A DNA stretch of 64,000 nt, taken from positions 1,273,762 to 1,337,761 of the forward strand of contig CAVRJK010000002.1 in the NCBI GenBank assembly GCA_963721645.1, in the 5' to 3' direction. The notes under the pieces were generated by a model that searched no databases, was not told the origin of the DNA, and was given only the letters and a program-made list of their open reading frames with translations. A program made the translations under genes and the position numbers. This DNA comes from an uncultured bacterium (GTDB lineage: Bacteria > Actinomycetota > Thermoleophilia > Solirubrobacterales > 70-9). Below are positions 55,794-64,000 of this stretch, piece by piece. Each line of letters begins with the position of its first letter. Positions within the stretch are counted from its first letter, which is position 1.

Positions 55794-58068
55794 GGCCCCA
55801 CGAGTCGTGTTCCACCTCGATGGCTACCTCGCCCGCCTCGTCGGTCCGCAGGAACGGAACGGAGTGCGTTTCGAGCGTCCCGGCGGTCTCCGGTGCCGGG
55901 TGCCCGTAGGTGTTGTCTTCGCCCACCGAGATCACTGCCAGCTGCGGAGCGATGCGGCCAAGGAGCGAGTCGAGGCCCGAGTCAGCGCTGCCGTGATGGG
56001 AAACCTTCAAGAGCTCCACCGGGCCGGCGCCGTAGCTTGCGGCCTCGGCCTCGGCATCAGCGCTCAGCAGGGCGTCGAACTCGCCGTGGGAAACCTGCAG
56101 GACGAGCGAGGTCTCGTTCGGATTGGCTGCGGGAGGTGCTGTTGCCGGCGGCCAAAGAACTTCAAACCGCACCCGCCCGAGGCGGAACCTCGCTCCAGCC
56201 GACAACCTGGTCGTGGCCGGGCAGTCGAGGTAGCGACAGCTGTGTGGCGCTTCATAGGCGGTGACGAGACGCTGCACATCCGTTCCGTCAAGCGCACTCG
56301 CCAGGCCTCCCGAGTGGTCGAGGTCATCGTGGGTGATGACGAGCGCCGACAGTTCGTCTATCCCGAGGTCCTGCAGCCGCTCCCCGACCTCCGCGTCGGG
56401 CGGACCGGTATCGACGAGCACGGGTGCGCGCGCCCTCGGTTCGACCAGGATCGCATCGCCCTGGCCCACGTCGAGAATGCGGATCATGAGCGGTGGCTCT
56501 GCGGCAGGGGTGGCGCCACCGTGCACTGCCAATGCAGTTGCGCAGGCGGCTGTGATCCCGAGCGCGACAAGCGCCATTCGTCCCGGAAGTCGTGGCGCAG
56601 GGCGCATCGCACCCCTTCGCTCGACCACGAGACAGGCGATGCGCGCGCCGCCGACCAAAACGATTGTCCACGCGGTCGCCACCGCGACCCCCGGCTCGGG
56701 CACATCCAGCTGCGCCCACTCAGGCCCCAGGGCCCGAGCGACCCAGCCGATGAACGCGGCGCAGAGGCCACCCAGCCAGGTCAGCGGCTCGACCGGCGCA
56801 CCGGGAACCTGCCCGACCGCGCCGGACAGCATCCCGAGCCACATCGCGGGCGCGATGGCAGGGAGCGCAAGGAGGTTGGCCGGGATCGCGGTTAGCGAGA
56901 CGGTGCCGAAATGGTGTGCCGCCAGCGGAGCGGTGGCGAGTGTCGCGGCAAGAGTCATGGAAGCCCCCTCGGCCAGGGCACGCCGGAGGCCGGCGGAGTC
57001 CCGGGCGAGGATGCGTATCAGCGGTTGCGACAGGACGAGCAGGCCGGCAACGGCGCAGAACGAGAGCTGCCAGCCGATGTCGTTGGTCGCGCGAGGGTCA
57101 ATGGCGAGCGTGACGGCGGCGGCGAGACCAAGCGCATACCACCGCGCGGATGGGCGGCTCGCCAACGCCGCGACCACTCCGGCAACGCCCATGACCCCCG
57201 CCCTCTGGATCGAAGCGCCGCCGCCGGCGACGGGAACGTAGATCGCGATGATGAGCGCGATCGCCAACAGCCGAGACCGGAGAGGGACACCTGCGAGCGC
57301 CAGTAGCGGCGTAGCCAGAATCGCGAGCAGCATCACGTTCTGACCCGACACGGCGAGAACGTGAGCCAACCCCGAGCGGCGGAAGTCGTCGCGAACCTCC
57401 TCCGGGATGAGGTCATCCTGTCCGAGCACGAAGCCACGTAGGAGCGCAGCGGCGGGCGGGTGGGTTCCACGCTCGAGCGCGGTCTCGGCGCGACGGCGGA
57501 CATCGTCCAGGGCGCCGCGCAGACCTCCGCGGGCCGCGCCCGTTGCCTCGATCGAGTCGGCCGCCACAACCAGCGCGGCACCTCTTCGCTCGATCTGTGA
57601 GCTCTCCCACGGCGCGGGCTCCCGCACCCTCCCCCCGACGGCCACCACGCTGCCTTCGTCGATCGCGACGGGGAGTCGCGTCTCCACAGCAATACGACCC
57701 TCGTTTGTCTCGAGGATGAAGCGGGTGAGGCCGGCCGAGGTGCGTGGCGCGGATACGACGGTCCCGGTGAGCTCCGCATCGGAGCCCGCCTGGGCCAAAA
57801 GCCGGTTGCTGTCGATCGCCGCCAGGCGAGCGCTTCCGGCCGACAGGCCCGCCAGTCCGGCTGCCAGAAGTACGAGTGCGAGCCATGGCAAGGCCCCGGC
57901 CTGACCGATCCGTGGCCGGGCGACGATGAGGACGGCGCAGAGGGCGCCGGCGGCGGCCAGGCCTCCGGGAGGGACGGGCCCGAGCGGCTCGGCGATCGCC
58001 AATCCGGCGACCAACCCTGAAAGCACCAACGCGCGCCACGCATACGCGAGCGACGCCGACGCGATCAT
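55780..58068 (-). CDS. comEC: DNA internalization competence protein ComEC/Rec2
   Basis: Polytopic competence domain (GLAHVLAVSGQNV) plus a C-terminal metallo-beta-lactamase domain (LDVGQGDAILV...HDDLDHSGG...SHHGS). Confidence 0.9.
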   Translation of the reverse strand: MIASASLAYAWRALVLSGLVAGLAIAEPLGPVPPGGLAAAGALCAVLIVARPRIGQAGALPWLALVLLAAGLAGLSAGSARLAAIDSNRLLAQAGSDAELTGTVVSAPRTSAGLTRFILETNEGRIAVETRLPVAIDEGSVVAVGGRVREPAPWESSQIERRGAALVVAADSIEATGAARGGLRGALDDVRRRAETALERGTHPPAAALLRGFVLGQDDLIPEEVRDDFRRSGLAHVLAVSGQNVMLLAILATPLLALAGVPLRSRLLAIALIIAIYVPVAGGGASIQRAGVMGVAGVVAALASRPSARWYALGLAAAVTLAIDPRATNDIGWQLSFCAVAGLLVLSQPLIRILARDSAGLRRALAEGASMTLAATLATAPLAAHHFGTVSLTAIPANLLALPAIAPAMWLGMLSGAVGQVPGAPVEPLTWLGGLCAAFIGWVARALGPEWAQLDVPEPGVAVATAWTIVLVGGARIACLVVERRGAMRPAPRLPGRMALVALGITAACATALAVHGGATPAAEPPLMIRILDVGQGDAILVEPRARAPVLVDTGPPDAEVGERLQDLGIDELSALVITHDDLDHSGGLASALDGTDVQRLVTAYEAPHSCRYLDCPATTRLSAGARFRLGRVRFEVLWPPATAPPAANPNETSLVLQVSHGEFDALLSADAEAEAASYGAGPVELLKVSHHGSADSGLDSLLGRIAPQLAVISVGEDNTYGHPAPETAGTLETHSVPFLRTDEAGEVAIEVEHDSWGLAEP

Positions 58069-58070
58069 CG

Positions 58071-58682
58071 CTAGGGCTGGAGTCGCGCCCGGAGCGCCTC
58101 CATCGTGGTCGGCCCGATTCCGCTGACCTGATCGAGGTCGTCCACCGACGAGACGCCTCCGTTCTGGTCACGGAACTCGAGAATCGCCGCCGCGGTGACC
58201 GGCCCGATGCCCTCGATGGTGTCGAGTTCCTCAGCTGTCGCCGTTCCGAGGCTGATCGGGCCGTCGACGCCCGGCGCGCCCGCCGCGCCCGCTGACCCGC
58301 CTTCCACCTCCGACGGGATCTGGATCTGCTGACCGTCCGCCAGCGGAGCCGCGAGATTGATCGCGTCCGGTGCAGCGTCACGCGTAGCGCCACCCGCACG
58401 ATCGATCGCGTCGGTCACGCGGGAGCCGGGCGGCATGCGGTAGACGCCGGGATCTTCGACAGCTCCCGCGACATGGACGACAAGGTCTCCTCCAGTCGCC
58501 TCGAATGTGGGGCCTGCCTCGCCGCCCGATTCGCTTCCGGCCACCTCCTCGAAGGCCTGAGATGCGCCCGGAGAGGCGGACGCCGCCTCTCCCCCGCTTC
58601 GGATCCAGCGCGAGCCGAGCATGAGCGCAACGACGGCAAGGGCCGCGTAAACGGCGATCTGCGCTCGGCTCATCTCAGGCAT
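58071..58682 (-). CDS. comEA: ComEA-like helix-hairpin-helix DNA-binding protein
   Basis: N-terminal TM, SLBB-like region (VVHVAGAV..PGVYR), and tandem HhH motifs (ELDTIEGIGPVTAAAI, LDQVSGIGPTTMEAL). Confidence 0.88.
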   Translation of the reverse strand: MPEMSRAQIAVYAALAVVALMLGSRWIRSGGEAASASPGASQAFEEVAGSESGGEAGPTFEATGGDLVVHVAGAVEDPGVYRMPPGSRVTDAIDRAGGATRDAAPDAINLAAPLADGQQIQIPSEVEGGSAGAAGAPGVDGPISLGTATAEELDTIEGIGPVTAAAILEFRDQNGGVSSVDDLDQVSGIGPTTMEALRARLQP

Positions 58683-58760
58683 GCCCGAAGGCTGCCCCGC
58701 CCCGGCGCACGCGTGTCACGCGCACTGAGCCGACTCTGGAACAGTCCTGCACCAACTCCC

Positions 58761-58823
58761 GAGGGGTCAGACCCCTCACGAGCCGCTAACAATGCTAAGG
58801 AAGTGTGAGGGGTCTGACCCCTC
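58761..58823. repeat. Type-1 composite palindromic element (copy C, best preserved)
   Basis: gaggggtcagacccctcac ... gtgaggggtctgacccctc. The inverted repeat extends to 22 bp with the flanking ccc/ggg (58758-58779 and 58805-58826). The spacer is 29 nt. Confidence 0.9.
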
Positions 58824-58913
58824 GGGGCGTTGCCTCGGGGCGCTGCCGGGCGCGTTGCGGCGGCGGCTGCCCCGGCGTGGTGCCCCGTGGGCACTGGCCC
58901 CTGGCCCCCGGAG

Positions 58914-59165
58914 CTACTCGATCTTGAAGCTGGTGAGGCCTTCGGGTTCTTCGTCGCGCACGTCCACGCGCTTCACGTCAGCTCCGGAGGGCCCTTGCTT
59001 GCAGAAGCCGAGGATGGCCTCGATGTCGGCCCGGCGACCTTCCAGGGCCGCCTCGACGGTGCCGTCGCCACGGTTTGTCACCCAGCCGACAACGCCACGC
59101 GCTTCAGCGCGCCGGCGCATCGTGTCGCGAAAGAAGACGCCTTGCACGCGACCGTGAATGATCAC
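58914..59165 (-). CDS. acyP: Acylphosphatase
   Basis: IHGRVQGVFFR...GWVTNRGDGTVEA. GTG start. Confidence 0.85.
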   Translation of the reverse strand: MIIHGRVQGVFFRDTMRRRAEARGVVGWVTNRGDGTVEAALEGRRADIEAILGFCKQGPSGADVKRVDVRDEEPEGLTSFKIE

Positions 59166-59198
59166 GCGCTTTCGGCGGGTCGGCCCGTTTGAGATGGC

Positions 59199-59603
59199 CT
59201 ACTCGTCCTCGTAAGCGTCGTCGTATCCGGCGGCCTGGGTGGCCAGGCGGATCGAGAAGAGCTCGTCGGCAGACACGCCGGGTGACTGGACCGAAACGAG
59301 CGCAAGCGTCTCTGGTCCGTCGTTCGAGACGGAGTGCTCCGTGGCGGGAGGAATCATCACGAAATCTCCCGGAGCGAGTTCCTGAGTATCCCCCGTTGCC
59401 GACATCGTGCCGGCGCCGACAACGACGACGTAGACCTGCTCGGCCTCCTCGTGGGAGATCAGGTCCTCGGACGCGCCGGCGGGTACTTCGATCCAGTTCA
59501 CGGACAGATTTCGCGAGCCGAGCTCGCCGGCGTCCATGAGGATGTGCGAGCGCAGGCGATGCACCTCGATAGTGGGCGCCTCGGAGAAGCGGCGAACGAG
59601 CAC
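59199..59603 (-). CDS. Cupin-domain protein
   Basis: SHEEAEQVYVVV.G......GD...IPP...H, a two-motif cupin pattern. Confidence 0.7.
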   Translation of the reverse strand: MLVRRFSEAPTIEVHRLRSHILMDAGELGSRNLSVNWIEVPAGASEDLISHEEAEQVYVVVVGAGTMSATGDTQELAPGDFVMIPPATEHSVSNDGPETLALVSVQSPGVSADELFSIRLATQAAGYDDAYEDE

Positions 59604-59644
59604 GAGGCGGTTTTAGCAGACCTGGGCCGCTGCCATGCGAACGA

Positions 59645-62134
59645 TCACCGAACGACGAGGTTCACGAGGCGCCCCGGGACGACGATCTCCTTGACGATTT
59701 CCTTGCCGTCGAGGTGCCTTGCAACGGCTTCTGATGAGCGCGCGAGTTCCTTCAGTTCGTCCTCCGGCATGTCGGCGGCGACCTCGATCTCGTCGCGTCG
59801 CTTGCCGTTCACCTGGACTACGAGCGAGATCGTCTCCGACGTGAGCATCGCTTGGTCGGCCTCCGGCCACGGCTCCTCCCAGATCCGAGTGCCCTCGATC
59901 GATTCGTAGAGCTCGGAGCCCAGATGCGGGGCAAAAGGGAAGATGAGCGACGCGGCAGTTGCGGTAGCGAAGCGGATGGCGGCGTCCCCTTCCGGCGAGC
60001 CGTAGAGGTCGTCCTTGAGCCGGTACGCATCGTTGACGAGCTCCATCACCGCAGCGATCGCGGTGTGGAGCGCGAAGTCGGTCGAGATGTCGTGCGTGAC
60101 CTTGTCGATTGCCCAGTGCGCCTTGCGCAAGAGCGGCTCGGGATCTCCGGTGCCGGAACCGCCGGGGTTCTCCGCCACTTCCTGCGCGAGTCGCCACAGG
60201 CGTGACAGGAAGCGAAAGACACCCTCCACCCCCTCGTCGGTCCAATCACCGCCGCGGGCCGGCGGGCCGGTGAAGCAGATAAAGGTGCGAAGCGTGTCGG
60301 CGCCGTAGCGGTCTACGAACGCGCTTGGGCTGACGACGTTGCCCTTGGTCTTGGACATTTTCGCCCCGTTGCGGGTGATCATCCCCTGCGTAAAGAGGTT
60401 GTTGAAGGGCTCCTGGACGCCGATCAGGCCCATGTCCGCGAGCGCCTTGACGAAGAAGCGCGCGTACATCAGGTGGAGGATCGCGTGCTCGACGCCGCCG
60501 ATGTACTGGTCCACGGCCATCCAGTGGTCGGCCACCTCGCGGTCCCACGGCGCATCCGCGTTGTGTGCATCGAGGTAGCGCAGGAAGTACCACGAGGAGT
60601 CGACGAAGGTGTCCATGGTGTCGGTCTCTCGCCGCCCGGGGCCGGCACACGAGGGGCACGTCGTATTGACCCATTCATCCACCGCGGCGAGTGGCGACTT
60701 GCCCTTGGGCGCGTAGTCGGTGACTTCGGGAAGCTCGATCGGCAACTGATCGTCCGGCACTGAGACGATGCCGCATTTCTCGCAGTGAACGACCGGAATG
60801 GGGCAACCCCAGTAGCGCTGGCGCGACAAAAGCCAGTCGCGCAGGCGGTAGTTGACCGTGGGCTTGCCGCGACCGTCGGAGGCGAGCGTCTCGATGATCG
60901 CCTTCTTGGCCTCCGGCGAGGTCATGCCGTCGAAGTCGCCGGAGTTGATGAGGCGCTCGTCGTCTGAGTGGGTGATGAATGCGGTTTCGGGATCGACCTC
61001 TGAGTCGTCTGCCGGCGCGACGACATGGCGGATGGGCAGGTCGAACGCCTTGGCGAAGTCGAAGTCGCGCTCGTCGTGCGCGGGGACGGCCATGATCGCG
61101 CCGGTTCCGTAGTCCATGAGCACGTAGTCGGCGACGAGCATCGGGATCTCCTCGCCGTTCACCGGGTTGGTGATCGTCCGCCCGAGACGCACGCCTGTCT
61201 TCTCCCGGTCCTCGGCAGCGCGGTCCTCGGTCGACTTGCGCGCGGCCTCGGCGGCGTACTTACGCACGGCTTCCTCGTTGGCTGAGCCCACCGCCAGCGC
61301 CTCGAGGTCGGGGTGTTCGGGCGCGAGGACGAAGAAGGTTGCGCCGAAGAGGGTGTCGGGACGGGTTGTGAAGACGGGGAAGTCAATCCCGGCTTCCTGA
61401 CAGGTGAAGACAACCTCCGCGCCTTCAGAGCGGCCGATCCAGTTCCGCTGCATCGTCACCACGTGTTCGGGCCAGGACTCGAGAATGTCGAAATCCGCGA
61501 GAAGACGGTCTGCGTAGTCCGTGATCTTGAAGAACCACTGCTCGAGCTTTTTCTGCTCGACCAGCGATCCGCAGCGCTCGCACCGTCCGTCGACCACTTG
61601 CTCGTTGGCGAGCACGGTCGCATCCACCGGGCACCACTGGACCGGGGCCTCCGAGCGATAGGCGAGACCGCGCTCGAACATGCGCAGGAAGAGCCATTGG
61701 GTCCAGCGGTAGTACTCGGGGTCGGCCGAGGAGACCTCGCGCGACCAGTCGATCGAGATGCCCCAGCGTTTGAATTGCGTGCGGAAGGACTCGATGGACT
61801 TCCGGGTCGCCTCCGCCGGGTGCTCGCCGGTGCGGATCGCGTTGTTCTCCGCGGGCAGGCCGAACGCGTCGTAGCCCATCGGATGAATGACGTCGAAGCC
61901 ACGGCGGCGGCGGAAGTGGGCGATGGCGTCGCCGATGGCGTAGTTCTTCAGGTGTCCGACGTGTGGCTCGCCCGAGGGATAGGGCAGCATCTCGAGGACG
62001 TATGACTTGGGCTTTTCCGGGTCGAAGCCCGGGTCGCCCGGGTTGGGAACCTCCCACGTGCTCTCCGAGTCCCAGACGGCTTGCCAGCGCGCCTCGATGG
62101 CCTGTGGGTCGTATCGGGCTGGCTCGTCTGACAC
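59645..62134 (-). CDS. leuS: Leucine--tRNA ligase
   Basis: PYPSGEPHVGH (HIGH), KMSKTKGN (KMSKS), and a CP1 editing domain. Confidence 0.97.
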   Translation of the reverse strand: MSDEPARYDPQAIEARWQAVWDSESTWEVPNPGDPGFDPEKPKSYVLEMLPYPSGEPHVGHLKNYAIGDAIAHFRRRRGFDVIHPMGYDAFGLPAENNAIRTGEHPAEATRKSIESFRTQFKRWGISIDWSREVSSADPEYYRWTQWLFLRMFERGLAYRSEAPVQWCPVDATVLANEQVVDGRCERCGSLVEQKKLEQWFFKITDYADRLLADFDILESWPEHVVTMQRNWIGRSEGAEVVFTCQEAGIDFPVFTTRPDTLFGATFFVLAPEHPDLEALAVGSANEEAVRKYAAEAARKSTEDRAAEDREKTGVRLGRTITNPVNGEEIPMLVADYVLMDYGTGAIMAVPAHDERDFDFAKAFDLPIRHVVAPADDSEVDPETAFITHSDDERLINSGDFDGMTSPEAKKAIIETLASDGRGKPTVNYRLRDWLLSRQRYWGCPIPVVHCEKCGIVSVPDDQLPIELPEVTDYAPKGKSPLAAVDEWVNTTCPSCAGPGRRETDTMDTFVDSSWYFLRYLDAHNADAPWDREVADHWMAVDQYIGGVEHAILHLMYARFFVKALADMGLIGVQEPFNNLFTQGMITRNGAKMSKTKGNVVSPSAFVDRYGADTLRTFICFTGPPARGGDWTDEGVEGVFRFLSRLWRLAQEVAENPGGSGTGDPEPLLRKAHWAIDKVTHDISTDFALHTAIAAVMELVNDAYRLKDDLYGSPEGDAAIRFATATAASLIFPFAPHLGSELYESIEGTRIWEEPWPEADQAMLTSETISLVVQVNGKRRDEIEVAADMPEDELKELARSSEAVARHLDGKEIVKEIVVPGRLVNLVVR

Positions 62135-62227
62135 GCGGGCCAGTTTATGGCGACCTCAAAGAGTGAGACAGGGCTTGATTCGAGGCGTATGGTGAAAGTG
62201 AGACTTCACTCGAGAGTAGGAGGACGT

Positions 62228-62452
62228 ATGGGACGCTTGATCAGGCTGGATCGCACAGGGCACTCGACGCTTGCCGAGTGGACCTCGTCCGACGAGGCTG
62301 CGACGGAGCGCGCGTCTGAGGCGTTCCTTTTGGAGCTGGAGCGGGGATTCATCGCCTCGACGACCCACTCCGACGGAAGCGCCGAGGTTGTTCGTGAGCT
62401 TCCGGTAGACGCGGAGCTCGTGACGCTCCGCCGACCCATCGTGGGCGGCTGA
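62228..62452 (+). CDS. Hypothetical 74-aa protein with a beta-grasp-like pattern, ending in Gly-Gly
   Basis: RBS gtaggaggacgtATG. MGRLIRLDRTGHSTLAEWTSSDEAATERASEAFLLELERGFIASTTHSDGSAEVVRELPVDAELVTLRRPIVGG*. The terminal (D/E)-hydrophobic...P-hydrophobic-x-GG resembles MoaD/ThiS ends. Confidence 0.6.
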   Translation: MGRLIRLDRTGHSTLAEWTSSDEAATERASEAFLLELERGFIASTTHSDGSAEVVRELPVDAELVTLRRPIVGG

Positions 62453-62499
62453 AGCAGCGGGCCGACACGCCGCTCGAAGCCCCCGGCACCGGCCGGGGG

Positions 62500-63138
62500 T
62501 TGCCCGAGGCTGATCGTCTCGGCTGGAACCGCGAGCGCGCAACCAAACGGACGATCCGCCGCGACGGGCGCCGGTGGACGGCGTGGACGGCGTGGGTCGT
62601 CGGGCTGTTCTCGGTTCCGGGAGTGGCGCTCTTGTGGATCGAACCGCTGACGTTTCCGGTCGCACTCCTGTGCTTTGCCCACGCGCTGGCGGTTCCGGCG
62701 CTCCAGGCCCGCCGCGGCGCGGGCGCCGTAGTGGCGATGGGAAGCGAGAAGAGCGCTGCCTCGCGAGATGGCGAGACGACCGGCCCCGAGTGCGTGGCGC
62801 TGGGACTCCTCGCAGATCTGGTCGGACGAGACGGAATCGACGTCGTGCGCACAAGTGGCCTGGCGCCGTTCAGGGGCGAGCTCGGGTACTGGCTCGTGGG
62901 CGAGCAGGGGGCATTTCTCCTGCGCCCCTCGCTCGTGGGTCGCAGAATCTTTTCGTGGTGCGTTCGCGTAGGCGACGAGAGCGGGCTGCCGGCCGCCGAC
63001 CGGGTCGCCCATCTACTCCTCGCACTCCGTGAGGACGAGGAGGGGTTCGCGACCGTCGCGAACCTGAACTTCTCGGGCGCTGAATGGCGCGTCCGGCGCC
63101 GGCTTTCCGAGGGCGAGCGGGCGGCTCTAGGCGGCTAG
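62500..63138 (+). CDS. Hypothetical 2-TM membrane protein with a cytoplasmic domain of about 140 aa
   Basis: TTG start. TM1 WTAWVVGLFSVPGVALLWI, TM2 LTFPVALLCFAHALAVPAL. No recognisable motifs. Also ends ...ALGG*. Confidence 0.45.
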   Translation: MPEADRLGWNRERATKRTIRRDGRRWTAWTAWVVGLFSVPGVALLWIEPLTFPVALLCFAHALAVPALQARRGAGAVVAMGSEKSAASRDGETTGPECVALGLLADLVGRDGIDVVRTSGLAPFRGELGYWLVGEQGAFLLRPSLVGRRIFSWCVRVGDESGLPAADRVAHLLLALREDEEGFATVANLNFSGAEWRVRRRLSEGERAALGG

Positions 63139-63690
63139 GGCGAGCTTTCGGTCTTGCTCGGCTTCCTCGGCGACTGCGGAAACGAGGACTCGGATCGAGT
63201 CGATCACCGCTTCGTTCGTGAGCCTGCCTTCTGAATCGAAAGCCTCGTCTGCGAGGCCCAGGGATACGTCGGCGTCGACAACACGGGCGCCGGTCGAGCC
63301 GAGGACCTTCCGCAGCTCTGCCTGCGCCCAAACCGCACCGAACTGGCCCGTAGTGGCGCCGATCACACCGGCAGGCTTGCTTGCGAGGGGTGTCGAGGAG
63401 CGTGGGCGCGATGCCCAGTCGATCGCGTTCTTCAAAACGCCGGGGATCGAAGAGTTGTATTCCGGCGTCGCAAAGATCAGACCGTCAGCTTGAGCGATCA
63501 GCTCGCGGAGCTCGCGCACCGGCGCCGGGCTATGCCCGTTGTCGTCGTCGGCGTCGTAGGGCGGAATGGCCGCGAGCCCTTCGTAGAAGTCAAATTCCAC
63601 GCCTGCGGGCGCCTCCTCCGCCGCGATGCGGAGGAGGCGCGAGTTGTGCGAGCCGGCGCGGAGGCTGCCGGAGATGGCCAGGAGGCGCAT
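63127..63690 (-). CDS. NADPH-dependent FMN reductase family protein
   Basis: LLAISGSLRAGSHN...ATPEYNSSIPGVLKNAIDWASRP. Confidence 0.88.
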   Translation of the reverse strand: MRLLAISGSLRAGSHNSRLLRIAAEEAPAGVEFDFYEGLAAIPPYDADDDNGHSPAPVRELRELIAQADGLIFATPEYNSSIPGVLKNAIDWASRPRSSTPLASKPAGVIGATTGQFGAVWAQAELRKVLGSTGARVVDADVSLGLADEAFDSEGRLTNEAVIDSIRVLVSAVAEEAEQDRKLALAA

Positions 63691-63694
63691 GGCT

Positions 63695-64000
63695 CTATTC
63701 CTTGACCAGTTCGAGCTCGACCAGGAGGGTGACTTCGTCGCCCAGGACCTTCTTGCCGCTCGGGAGGTCCATGTTCCAACCGATTCCGTAGTCGTTGCGG
63801 TCCACCGTGGCCTTCAGCGAGAGGGCGATTCGCTCGCCCCCCATTGGATCGGTGATGGGCTCGCGGTATGAACCGGTTGCCTTGACGGGCCGGGACTTCC
63901 CGGCGATCGTGAGATCGCCGGTAAGGGTGGCGGTCTCGCCGTCAAGGACGAGGTTGCTCGAAGCGAACTCGAGATTTGGATGTCGCGCCGAGTCGAAGAA
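63695..64000 (-). CDS. YceI-family protein, C-terminal part (the gene continues past the right edge)
   Basis: Own minus-strand translation: FFDSARHPNLEFASSNLVLDGETATLTGDLTIAGKSRPVKATGSYREPITDPMGGERIALSLKATVDRNDYGIGWNMDLPSGKKVLGDEVTLLVELELVKE*. Confidence 0.8.
   Translation of the reverse strand, partial: FFDSARHPNLEFASSNLVLDGETATLTGDLTIAGKSRPVKATGSYREPITDPMGGERIALSLKATVDRNDYGIGWNMDLPSGKKVLGDEVTLLVELELVKE

Noticed and set aside
55711-57241. Long plus-strand ORFs (55711..56895 and 56261..57241) opposite comEC
   Set aside because: Arg/Ser/Pro-rich junk translations. The minus strand encodes a full-length ComEC with competence and metallo-beta-lactamase domains.
62135-62227. T-box or other leader RNA upstream of leuS
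   Set aside because: Only 93 bp separate leuS from the divergent gene, which is too short for a T-box. No specifier or T-box sequence was seen.

Overview
Gene-dense, visibly high-G+C bacterial chromosome segment (G+C not computed). Intergenic gaps are very short, many junctions are 4-nt stop/start overlaps (GTGA, ATGA, TTGA), and GTG/TTG starts are frequent. This fits an Actinomycetota-like genome, but the taxonomic guess is inference only. The content is almost entirely core housekeeping: tsaE-UDG-fmdB; a pantothenate cluster (DUF2520 gene-panC-panD-panB); uvrA and uvrB; coaE-rpsA; polA; malic enzyme; pfk; hisIE-trpE-G-D-C-F-B-A; cydAB; phoH-ybeY-era; murI; hrcA-dnaJ-prmA; lepA; murJ; rpsT; comEA-comEC-holA; leuS. 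I found no rRNA, tRNA, CRISPR array, transposase, integrase or recognisable defence genes. Five things stand out. (1) A dispersed family of palindromic intergenic elements built on GAGGGGTC[A/T]GACCCCTC, plus a related GGGGTCTGGCCCC variant. The elements sit at gene 3' ends, supply stop codons, and add a shared (E/R)GSDPS tail to three proteins. (2) Two single-nucleotide frameshifts, one in polA and one in an HExxH metalloprotease-like gene; these may be sequencing errors. (3) A 74-aa ORF with a beta-grasp-like pattern that ends exactly in Gly-Gly, next to an unknown 2-TM protein and with no E1-like partner in the window. (4) A small membrane ORF translationally coupled to cydB, with no cydDC following. 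(5) Several strong inverted repeats in promoter regions: a Cheo-type SOS box before uvrA, an ArsR operator candidate, and a 14-bp inverted-repeat pair in the DCC/malic-enzyme divergent region. All functional calls come from reading the translated ORFs for family motifs; no database search was run.
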